From: an uncultured archaeon
Lineage (GTDB): Archaea > Aenigmatarchaeota > Aenigmatarchaeia > CG10238-14 > SCSR01
Length of the DNA stretch: 45,684 nt
NCBI GenBank assembly: GCA_964444075.1
Contig: CAYUFF010000002.1
Span: 1 to 45,684 of the forward strand
Reading direction: 5' to 3'
Numbering within the stretch: position 1 is the stretch's first letter; every line of letters starts with the position of its first letter. The notes below the pieces were generated by a model. That model saw only the letters and a program-made list of their open reading frames with translations, was not told where the DNA came from and did not search any database. Below, one piece after another: positions 8,580 to 16,508 of the stretch. A program made the translations under genes and the position numbers.

Positions 8580-10453
8580 GTAAGGTTTCGATCCGTCCTC
8601 AAGAGATTTTCAAAACGTTGGTTAAAGGATACAAGATAAAAAGGAGGTTAGAAACCTTCCCTAAACCACCTCCTCGGGAGATGAGGATACCTCCTGTAAA
8701 AGTCGCGCCTCTGAGTTCTCCGGTTACCCAACCCGAACTACCGAAGATTAAACCAAAGAAGGAAGAAGGTATAGAAGAAGTGGAAAGAAGGCGTGCAGAA
8801 GAGGCTCCTTCTCAACCCATGGAGGAAAGGGTAAAAGAAGGGAGGGCTCAAGAGAAAATCCCTTCGGAAGAGGAATCGGAAGCGGAAGGAATCGAACTAC
8901 CGACGACAATAACGAAGACTATCGAAGCTTCCGTGAAACTACCTGAGGAAAAGGCAGCAAAAATCGTCATGGTCTATCCTCTGATTCCAAAAAAACCTTC
9001 AGCAAAAGATTTGGTGTTCGCATACGCGAAAATATTTTGGAACTTAAAGGAGAATAGGTATGTCTACCATGTGGTAGAGCCGGAGCTTACTCCTCGCTTG
9101 AAAAACGTGCTAGAGAAGGTTAAGCATCTCCTCGAGCAAAAGATAGATATCGAGTTCTCTAAACTTGCTAAAGCAGAGGCGAAAGAATACTTAAGAAAAA
9201 AAATGGAAGAGGCCCTAAACTACTTTGGTTTTAAGTTACATCCGTTGGAAAGAAAAATACTGCACTACTACGCTGAGCGCGACTTCATAGGCCTAGGAAA
9301 AATAGAGCCTTTGATGAGGGATCCAGACATAGAAGAAATTTCTTGCGACGGTGTCGGCATACCTTTGTTTGTTTTTCACAGGAACCCAGCCTTGGGTTCG
9401 GTAGTTACTAACATAGTTTTCGAGACCTCAGAAGAGCTCGATTCCTTTGTGATAAGGCTTTCCCAACTCTGCGGAAAATCTATTTCTGTAGCTTCTCCTT
9501 TGCTCGACGGAAGCTTACCAGACGGTTCGAGAGTGCAAGCCACGTTAGCTACCGATATAGCGAGGAAGGGGAGTAACTTTACCATCAGAAAGTTCACGGA
9601 AACTCCGCTCACACCAACACACTTGCTTAAGTACAACACTCTCGACGTGAAAGTGCTAGCGTTCTTGTGGCTGTGTGTCGATTACGGTCTTTCTATGTTT
9701 GTTTCGGGAGGAACCGCTACGGGAAAGACTACTTTTCTGAACGTCCTTTCTCTCTTCATAAGGCCGGAGAAAAAGATAGTATCCATCGAAGATACTGCAG
9801 AGCTTAGGCTACCGCATCCCCACTGGGTGCCTCAAGTAGCGAGGGTTCCCATAGCGACGAAGCCTGGAGAAGTAGACCTTTTCGCTCTGCTGAAGGAGAG
9901 CCTCAGACAGAGGCCCGATTACATCATCGTCGGAGAAGTTAGGGGACCAGAAGCCTTTGTGCTCTTCCAGCAGATAGCTACGGGTCATCCAAGCTTAGCT
10001 ACGATTCATGCGGAAGACATGACCAAGCTCGTCGATAGGTTAATAACGCCTCCTATTTCCCTTCCTCCAGGCCTCATAGAAAATCTCGACCTCGTGATAT
10101 TTCTCGTGAGGACAAGGTATAAAGACAAGATAGTCAGGAGAGTTAACGAAGTCGTCGAAATAGTCGGTTTTGACAGAGAAAAAAACTTCCCGCGGGTTAA
10201 CGTACTTTTCAAGTGGAACCCTTCTACCGATGCCTTCGACGTGAAAAGCAAGAGCTTTTGCTTGAGGAAACTAGCTGAAAGGAGGGGTATTCCCGAAAAA
10301 GAGATAACGGCAGAGTTGCAAAGGAGAATGCTAGTCTTAAAGTGGGTTGCGGAGAATGACGTCTATGATTACAGAGATGTCTACAAAGTAATTAACGCTT
10401 ACTACACTCAGCCAGAAAGGGTGATTGAAATGATAAGACAAGGTATGGAATGA
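8567..10453 (+). CDS. type IV filament assembly ATPase (FlaI/TadA/VirB11-like secretion NTPase, T2SSE family) with a P/E/K-rich N-terminal extension
   Basis: Walker A SGGTATGKTTFLNVL, Asp box VSIEDTAEL, Walker B RPDYIIVGEVRG, His box SLATIHA. FlaI-like N-domain (YVYHVVEPELTP). Confidence 0.92.
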   Translation: MDRVSKVSIRPQEIFKTLVKGYKIKRRLETFPKPPPREMRIPPVKVAPLSSPVTQPELPKIKPKKEEGIEEVERRRAEEAPSQPMEERVKEGRAQEKIPSEEESEAEGIELPTTITKTIEASVKLPEEKAAKIVMVYPLIPKKPSAKDLVFAYAKIFWNLKENRYVYHVVEPELTPRLKNVLEKVKHLLEQKIDIEFSKLAKAEAKEYLRKKMEEALNYFGFKLHPLERKILHYYAERDFIGLGKIEPLMRDPDIEEISCDGVGIPLFVFHRNPALGSVVTNIVFETSEELDSFVIRLSQLCGKSISVASPLLDGSLPDGSRVQATLATDIARKGSNFTIRKFTETPLTPTHLLKYNTLDVKVLAFLWLCVDYGLSMFVSGGTATGKTTFLNVLSLFIRPEKKIVSIEDTAELRLPHPHWVPQVARVPIATKPGEVDLFALLKESLRQRPDYIIVGEVRGPEAFVLFQQIATGHPSLATIHAEDMTKLVDRLITPPISLPPGLIENLDLVIFLVRTRYKDKIVRRVNEVVEIVGFDREKNFPRVNVLFKWNPSTDAFDVKSKSFCLRKLAERRGIPEKEITAELQRRMLVLKWVAENDVYDYRDVYKVINAYYTQPERVIEMIRQGME

Positions 10454-11322
10454 TGGGGTTGTACACAACGCTTGCGATGAGGTTCTTCTCGGAATACGGG
10501 TTGAAGCTCTCCAAGTATTTTGCAGAGACTTCAGAAGAGCTAAGAAGGGTGGGAATGGGAATGTCACCGCAGGAGTATTTTTCGGTAGCAATCTTCACAT
10601 CCTTTATAGTTTTTCTGGCGGAGTTACCTTCCTTAACATTTATAATGGCTGTTATTGTCCAAAAATCTCCGCTTTTCAGCTTTTTTTCCGCATTCCTCAT
10701 GAGCTCTGGTTGTACAGCTGGGATTTTCTTCCTCTTTCTCGGCTATCCTAAGAGTGTGGGAAGGGATAAAACGAGGGAGATAGAAAGAGATTTGCCACTG
10801 ACTACTTTGCATCTTTTTACCGTTTCGCAGACTCGTCTTCCGCTCCACAAGATTTTTGAAATGTTTTCTCGGTTCGCGAGGGGAGAAACGAAAAAAGAAG
10901 TCGGAAAGATAGTAAGAGATGTAAGGTTTTTTGGGTTGGACATAGACAGCGCACTCGAGAGAGCTATCAACAGAACGCCCTCCAAGGATTTTAGGGAGTT
11001 GCTCTTGGGCATTCTTTCTACGCGAAGAGCCGGCGGGAGTGTTTCCTCCTATTTAAGAGAAAAAGCTTCAACATTCACGGAGGATTACAGGAGAAAGCTT
11101 TACGAATTCTCGAGGCAGCTGACGATTTACATAGAAATCTATCTGGTAGCGATAGTCCTCGGTAGCGTACTCTTTATAACCTTAACTTCTCTCTTCGCTA
11201 CCATGATGGCAAAGGGACTTGATATAATAATCATCCAGTTTTTCCTCGCCGTAATCTTCATACCAGCAATCTCGATAGTCCTTATAGTGTTGATAAAATC
11301 GATAACTCCGGGTGGTGGATAA
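10450..11322 (+). CDS. platform membrane protein with a single T2SSF domain (TadB/TadC/FlaJ-half-like), copy 1
   Basis: TM helices flank a cytoplasmic domain (VRDVRFFGLDIDSALERAINRTPSKDFRELLLGILSTRRAGGSVSSYLREKA). 4-nt overlap with the ATPase gene. Confidence 0.85.
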   Translation: MMGLYTTLAMRFFSEYGLKLSKYFAETSEELRRVGMGMSPQEYFSVAIFTSFIVFLAELPSLTFIMAVIVQKSPLFSFFSAFLMSSGCTAGIFFLFLGYPKSVGRDKTREIERDLPLTTLHLFTVSQTRLPLHKIFEMFSRFARGETKKEVGKIVRDVRFFGLDIDSALERAINRTPSKDFRELLLGILSTRRAGGSVSSYLREKASTFTEDYRRKLYEFSRQLTIYIEIYLVAIVLGSVLFITLTSLFATMMAKGLDIIIIQFFLAVIFIPAISIVLIVLIKSITPGGG

Positions 11323-11354
11323 TCGAGCTCAAACGTAAGATACTCATAGGAAGT

Positions 11355-12224
11355 TTGGTAATCTCCGCGTTTTTAGTTAGTCTTGGAATGCTCGACCCAG
11401 GCGTACTTTTTCTTAGTATAATCCTCTCCACTTTCATCGTCCTCCTCCCACAGATGTTCTTCAAGTACGAAAAGTACAGAAAAATAAAGGAAATGGAAAG
11501 GATGTTTCCTTCTTTTCTGAGAGATTTGGTAGAGCACGTGAGAGCTGGAGAACCCCTTCACACAGCTATAATCAACGTAAGCAACGTTGATTACGGAGAA
11601 CTTTCGAAGGAAGTTAAAAGGATAGCAGCTCAACTTAGCTGGGGAATTCCCATACACAAAGTGCTAGAACAATTTGCCGAGAGGGTCGAAAGCAGAAGGT
11701 TGTCAATGGCTGTGGAAGTTCTAAGAGAGTGCTACCTTTCTGGTGGTGACGTTGCACTCACCTTGGAATCTTTAGGTGAAACTATTTCTAAACTCGAGGA
11801 CGTCGAAAGGGAAAGGAAAGCCATACTCAACCAATATGTGGTAATAATTTACATTATCACACTACTCTTCATAGGAGTCGTTACGATCTTGAACAACTTC
11901 ATGATTCCGATTTTCGAGATAGGAGGGACTATGGGGGGTGAAGTCGCATTCGAGAATCCTTGTAATGTGGCTTACGGACCCTCCTTGCTAATCTGCGACC
12001 TTTATCGAGGAATTTCCTCTGCCTTCGCGATAAAGAGCGAAATTGCATCTTACTACGTTGGTCTGTTCTTCTTAATGACCATGGTCCAAGCATTTTTTGG
12101 CGGGTTAATAATAGGACAGATTACTCGCGGCTCCATTACCGCTGGGTTCGTTCATAGTATATTACTTTCCTCTATCGTGTTTGGGTCTTTCGGAATTTTG
12201 AGCTATTTGGGTGTGTTAGGATGA
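11355..12224 (+). CDS. platform membrane protein with a single T2SSF domain, copy 2
   Basis: FPSFLRDLVEHVRAGEPLHTAI...LSWGIPIHKVLEQFAERVESRRLSMAVEVLRECYLSGGDVALTLESL followed by TM helices. TTG start per the track, with no in-frame ATG upstream. Its frame differs from copy 1 and the gap is 32 nt. Confidence 0.82.
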   Translation: MVISAFLVSLGMLDPGVLFLSIILSTFIVLLPQMFFKYEKYRKIKEMERMFPSFLRDLVEHVRAGEPLHTAIINVSNVDYGELSKEVKRIAAQLSWGIPIHKVLEQFAERVESRRLSMAVEVLRECYLSGGDVALTLESLGETISKLEDVERERKAILNQYVVIIYIITLLFIGVVTILNNFMIPIFEIGGTMGGEVAFENPCNVAYGPSLLICDLYRGISSAFAIKSEIASYYVGLFFLMTMVQAFFGGLIIGQITRGSITAGFVHSILLSSIVFGSFGILSYLGVLG

Positions 12225-12724
12225 AGCTCTCTCAAGCTGGGATGGATTTCGTCGTCGTAATCGTGATCTTCCTAGTAATCTCTACCTACCTTTTCTTCCG
12301 GACATTTTCCTACAAATCCTGGTACTTACAGAAGGTTAGGGAAAATCGTTTGGAGTTGATAGCGTACGAAATCTCGGAAATCCTGATAAACGACCCCGGT
12401 GAGCCTGTAGATTGGGATGCGGCAAACGTCAAGAGAATTGGACTTTCCGATGAGAAGGCTAACTTGACAAACCTTGTTTGGATGGAAAAGATTAAAGCTT
12501 TAGCTAGCATTTGCAGTAATTATGAGGACGTGAGAAAAAAGTTGGGTGTTAGCAGCGATGTTTGGTTTTCGATAGAAATAGAAGTACCTTCGCAAAACTA
12601 CCATTATGTTTGTCAACCCACCACTATAATATCGAGAGGTTTTAACTATACCTTCGAGAGAGTGTTCGTCGCAAGGAACCAAACTTTCATCGGCTTCGGA
12701 AAGCTAAAAGTAACGGTGTGGTAA
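12221..12724 (+). CDS. pilin-like protein with a class III-type signal peptide
   Basis: MKLSQAGMDFVVVIVIFLVISTYLFF (S/Q junction, acidic residue at predicted +5). 4-nt overlap with the platform gene. Confidence 0.62.
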   Translation: MKLSQAGMDFVVVIVIFLVISTYLFFRTFSYKSWYLQKVRENRLELIAYEISEILINDPGEPVDWDAANVKRIGLSDEKANLTNLVWMEKIKALASICSNYEDVRKKLGVSSDVWFSIEIEVPSQNYHYVCQPTTIISRGFNYTFERVFVARNQTFIGFGKLKVTVW

Positions 12725-12726
12725 GT

Positions 12727-14073
12727 ATGAAAGGTGTTGTAATAATCTTCGAACTCCTCATCACACTCTTGATACTCATCGGAACTTACTTGGTGTTTTT
12801 TTCCTTTCCAGAAGTTCATTTTTATTGGAAGGAGGCAAAGCAAACTTTGTTAGCGAGGGATTTGCTCGTTTCTCTAGATAGGCTTAACTTGCTTTACGAG
12901 AGTTCCTTCAACCTAACGAAGTTCTCTTCTTATCTCGACTATCTTTTCAAAGAAAAGCCTCTCCTCTTTACATTACTCGTCCGTGGAACCATCAAAGGAG
13001 ATATAAACGTAGCATGCAACTGCACCGAGGAGGAGAAGAAGTTTATAGAGGATTGGTTGGAAGGTCATAAGGGATTTGCGAAGTTTTCCTTCAACGGAAG
13101 GAAGGTCAACTTCCACGTTTGCCTCACCGACCTCGAATCCACCGCTAATCCCTGCTTGAGCAGGAACCCCGACGTCCTAATTATTTTGGGAAAGAAAAAG
13201 TTAGATAAACCGAAATACCTCGACCTGCTTTCTTCTCTTCTGAAAAAGGGTTGCGGTATAGTCGAGGTGAGAGATTTTTCTTCCTCCAGCGAGATAGACC
13301 AAGTTCAGAAAAAAATATTCGGTATAGAATGGGTTGGAACTGGAGCGACCCAACAGTACGATTACTTTCCTAGAGAGCCTTCCAGCGTGAAGGAAATCTA
13401 TTATCAACCTTGGAAGTACTTCTACCACCTTCCGATAAACCTGGAGTACAACTCTTCCGAAAGAATAGCGGGCTGCACTTTTTCGCCCTCCGCCAAAGGC
13501 ATCTTTAGCTTCAATCAAACTTCCTATTACTTTTGGATTTGCGACGAGAAGAGCGTCTGCATAGACAAGGACAAGTCTGGAACTTGCGAGTTAGCTAGCG
13601 AAAGGGTAAAGGAGGGTGAATTCTTTTCGTTGAAAGGTAGAAAGTTTTATTTGAGTTACATTAACGGCAACGTTTCCATAGGAATCTCTTTCAAGCCAGA
13701 GTATAAATTCGCGGATTTTTTGAGCAGCGGTGGAGGAAGTTACCACGTTAAGCCGAGCAATGACGATTCCACAAGGATACTCCTCCAATCCTACCCCGCT
13801 AATTTCCCAGTCGTGATTCTGAATTCTACAAAAATCGCGAACGTAGCGTGGATTGCCAACTTCACTAAAGACGGTCACGTTAGCGACGACGAGAGGCTCC
13901 TGTTCATTTCCTTGTTACTCTGGGCTTCCAACAAGGATGTTTATTGGACCAGAGTCTCTCCCGAGAAAATTTCCTACTTCAAAAGATTCCCAACCGTTAC
14001 CTATATCAACGCCGTCAACAAGGACATGTTCGAGGTCTACGAATTGGGTTTGAAAGTTGCGTCGCCTTACTAG
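12727..14073 (+). CDS. large (449 aa) pilin-like protein with a class III-type signal peptide
   Basis: From the ATG at 12727 the N-terminus is MKGVVIIFELLITLLILIGTYLVFF (KG junction). This start lies 2 nt after the previous stop. The remainder is a Cys- and sequon-containing extracellular domain with no motif I recognise. Confidence 0.6.
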   Translation: MKGVVIIFELLITLLILIGTYLVFFSFPEVHFYWKEAKQTLLARDLLVSLDRLNLLYESSFNLTKFSSYLDYLFKEKPLLFTLLVRGTIKGDINVACNCTEEEKKFIEDWLEGHKGFAKFSFNGRKVNFHVCLTDLESTANPCLSRNPDVLIILGKKKLDKPKYLDLLSSLLKKGCGIVEVRDFSSSSEIDQVQKKIFGIEWVGTGATQQYDYFPREPSSVKEIYYQPWKYFYHLPINLEYNSSERIAGCTFSPSAKGIFSFNQTSYYFWICDEKSVCIDKDKSGTCELASERVKEGEFFSLKGRKFYLSYINGNVSIGISFKPEYKFADFLSSGGGSYHVKPSNDDSTRILLQSYPANFPVVILNSTKIANVAWIANFTKDGHVSDDERLLFISLLLWASNKDVYWTRVSPEKISYFKRFPTVTYINAVNKDMFEVYELGLKVASPY

Positions 14074-14162
14074 TATTTCTCAAGTCTGAAGAAAAGTGTT
14101 ATTCTTTTGAAAGTTGGAAGGCTGTGAAAATTATAGCGTCAGTAGGTTCGGTAAAAACAGCG

Positions 14163-14175
14163 TTAATTTAAAAAG
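14163..14175 (+). promoter_or_regulatory. TATA-like box of an internal promoter in the filament locus
   Basis: ttaatttaaaaag lies about 29 nt upstream of the ATG at 14198. It sits inside the only sizeable gap of the locus (124 bp, AT-rich). Confidence 0.35.
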
Positions 14176-14197
14176 TCTTAACGAAAAATTTTATTTT

Positions 14198-15541
14198 ATG
14201 CTACGATGTGGTAAGTTTCCGTTGCCATGTTTCACCTACGCATTCCTTTTCCTCGTAACCCTTTTCATCTTTACCGTTCTCTCCGTAGCGCAACATAACT
14301 TGATAGAATCTTTCAAATCTTCCTTGTTTTATCACGGAAATGTAAGGATAAGCCTCGCGAAGAATCTCTACTCTCCTGGAGAAGGCTTGCAAGCGAGGGT
14401 AGAACTCCAAAACTTTGAAAGTTTTCCATTGCTTAATACTTATCTTGTTATAGAGCTCGTGAGGGGTTGCGAAACTCCCCTTCAACCAACCTACTTAGGG
14501 GAGTGCAACGTCGTCCACGAGGAAAGGGTTCACGTCGGAACTTTACTACCAGGTGAAACTAAAGTCGTTGTGTGGAACTTTACCCTTCCGCAGGACCTAA
14601 GGCCCGGGGTTTACAGGGTCGACGTCTACTTCAAGAACGATAGAACGCCCATTTTCGGTATTCCACACAGTTTTTTCATGCCAGCCTACGTTACGTTCAA
14701 CGTAAGCTACGCGGAAGGTGCCGATTATCCAAGAGCAAAAATCCTTTGGACGAAGACTCACGTCCTGGGAGGTTACGCTCAATCGGGACCGATGGTTTTA
14801 CCCGGAACTCTCGTGGAAGGCGCCGTTTTCGTGAAGGCTTTTCAGAGTTTCGATGGAACGTTGAGTGTTAAGGTTTGCCCTTACGACGACACCTCATGCA
14901 AGAACTTTCCGATAGAGAGGGTGTATCGTGTGAAATTGAAGAAAGGTGAGGAGAAACCATTCATAATAAACTTCACGGCGCCTACCGCTCCTAACGCTTA
15001 CTCTATCCGCTTGGAATTGCGAGACGTTAACGGGAGGTTGCATTCTCTTTACAGGAGTAGAATAGTTGTCCTAGGTGAAGGAGCGAGGATATTGAAAATG
15101 GCGGTAAGCAATGTTACCCTCGAAAGCGGAAAGGAATCTTGGGTCCTCGTGGCCGTGACGGGCCCTCTCGGTTACTCTACAATACTACCGAGTAAGAAAA
15201 ACGTTACCGGAGTTAAGCTGAAAGTTTGGGTCGAAACCAAAGGAAAGGAAGTCACTCTTTCCGACGAGCATACCTTCCCGTCCCTCAGTTTTGATCAAAT
15301 CGAGGTTTACCAAGCCAAGTTTGTGCCGATAGCTTCTCTTGCGGATTTCAGAGTCTGCACCTCCTTGACAAAAGACGGTAAAGTGTTAGATGAATACTGT
15401 GAAAGCGTATGGACGGAAAAACTTCCAGTAATCGTAACCGGCAGGGAAGTTCCCTCCCTCAACGCCATAATCGTGGCAGGAGTGGTAGGTTTATTAATCC
15501 TGATGGTTATCGTTATTCATAAGAGAAGGAGGATGTTGTGA
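14198..15541 (+). CDS. surface protein with repeated CARDB/Ig-like beta-sandwich segments and a C-terminal TM anchor
   Basis: I preferred the ATG at 14198 (MLRCGKFPLPCFTYAFLFLVTLFIFTVLSVAQ) to the TTG at 14114. Repeated strand-rich segments of the type LLPGETKVVVWNFTLPQDLRPGVYRVDVYF. The C-terminus is PSLNAIIVAGVVGLLILMVIVIHKRRRML. Confidence 0.7.
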   Translation: MLRCGKFPLPCFTYAFLFLVTLFIFTVLSVAQHNLIESFKSSLFYHGNVRISLAKNLYSPGEGLQARVELQNFESFPLLNTYLVIELVRGCETPLQPTYLGECNVVHEERVHVGTLLPGETKVVVWNFTLPQDLRPGVYRVDVYFKNDRTPIFGIPHSFFMPAYVTFNVSYAEGADYPRAKILWTKTHVLGGYAQSGPMVLPGTLVEGAVFVKAFQSFDGTLSVKVCPYDDTSCKNFPIERVYRVKLKKGEEKPFIINFTAPTAPNAYSIRLELRDVNGRLHSLYRSRIVVLGEGARILKMAVSNVTLESGKESWVLVAVTGPLGYSTILPSKKNVTGVKLKVWVETKGKEVTLSDEHTFPSLSFDQIEVYQAKFVPIASLADFRVCTSLTKDGKVLDEYCESVWTEKLPVIVTGREVPSLNAIIVAGVVGLLILMVIVIHKRRRML

Positions 15542-15545
15542 GAGT

Positions 15546-16508
15546 ATGGTGAAGAGAATCGAGTTTTTAAAGGGAAGCATAATGATGGTAATTTTCTTTT
15601 TCGTTTACTCTTCTCTTGGTTACGGCGGATGCCCTCCTCTCCAGTTTGACCCGCCGCCATTGAAGGTTACTGGGGAGACTTACATTATAGCTCCGGGTAC
15701 GAAGGTTTCGGCACCCGACTGTTGGTCGAAGATACATACTTGCAGTAATACAGCAGGTTATTGGGGTTGGGTTCCACACTACATCACGATTACGGGAAGT
15801 AAAAACGAGTTCTACCTGCTAGACGTAAACGAAGAAAACGTTTCCGTGAAAAGAGCTGATGTCGTTGACGCAATTTCTTCTCACGTCTACGATGACATTT
15901 CCCTCACGACTCCAGCGCAGGATTACGGGCCGTCGATAGAGACGGTTGACATCCCCCCTTTGGATGACATCCAGGGTGTTCCTCCCAGCACAGTAACCTG
16001 TGAAGCGTACGATACGTCGAGAGCTTTAACTTTCTCTTACGTGCCAGAGTTGGAAAAAAGAGTACACAAAGCCTTGGAGAATTGGATTGAGAGAGTAAAC
16101 AGAACTTCAACAGGAAATGTGACTACTTTCACGAAAGGGAACATGACGATCACGATGAACGTCACGAAAGTTTTTCACTACGAGCTACAGCCAATTTCAA
16201 CTGCTCTGGATAGGATAGATATTATCATAAACGTCACGAACGTAACTCAAGTTGAGAACGCTACCACAAACAAGACGGAAACGTTCATCTCTACCGAAGT
16301 GGTTAAGAGAACTCTCTACGTCTCTTACGAAAAAGTTTTCCGCACATTCTACGACCAAGCGAAGATTACGGTAAGGAGCTACAGGATGTTGTGCGGCGTG
16401 GACAAGGACATCAAAGCGAGTCGCGTGCGAAGCTTTATCTTTTCGGAACCTGGAAGGTTTTACATCTACGGAACCAAACAATATGAAGTGGAAGTCGTAG
16501 GAAAATGA
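15546..16508 (+). CDS. secreted or pilin-like protein with an extremely sequon-dense segment
   Basis: The N-terminus MVKRIEFLKGSIMMVIFFFVYSS is a possible KG/S class III junction. There are 8 N-x-S/T sequons within 58 aa (aa 185-243). Confidence 0.62.
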   Translation: MVKRIEFLKGSIMMVIFFFVYSSLGYGGCPPLQFDPPPLKVTGETYIIAPGTKVSAPDCWSKIHTCSNTAGYWGWVPHYITITGSKNEFYLLDVNEENVSVKRADVVDAISSHVYDDISLTTPAQDYGPSIETVDIPPLDDIQGVPPSTVTCEAYDTSRALTFSYVPELEKRVHKALENWIERVNRTSTGNVTTFTKGNMTITMNVTKVFHYELQPISTALDRIDIIINVTNVTQVENATTNKTETFISTEVVKRTLYVSYEKVFRTFYDQAKITVRSYRMLCGVDKDIKASRVRSFIFSEPGRFYIYGTKQYEVEVVGK

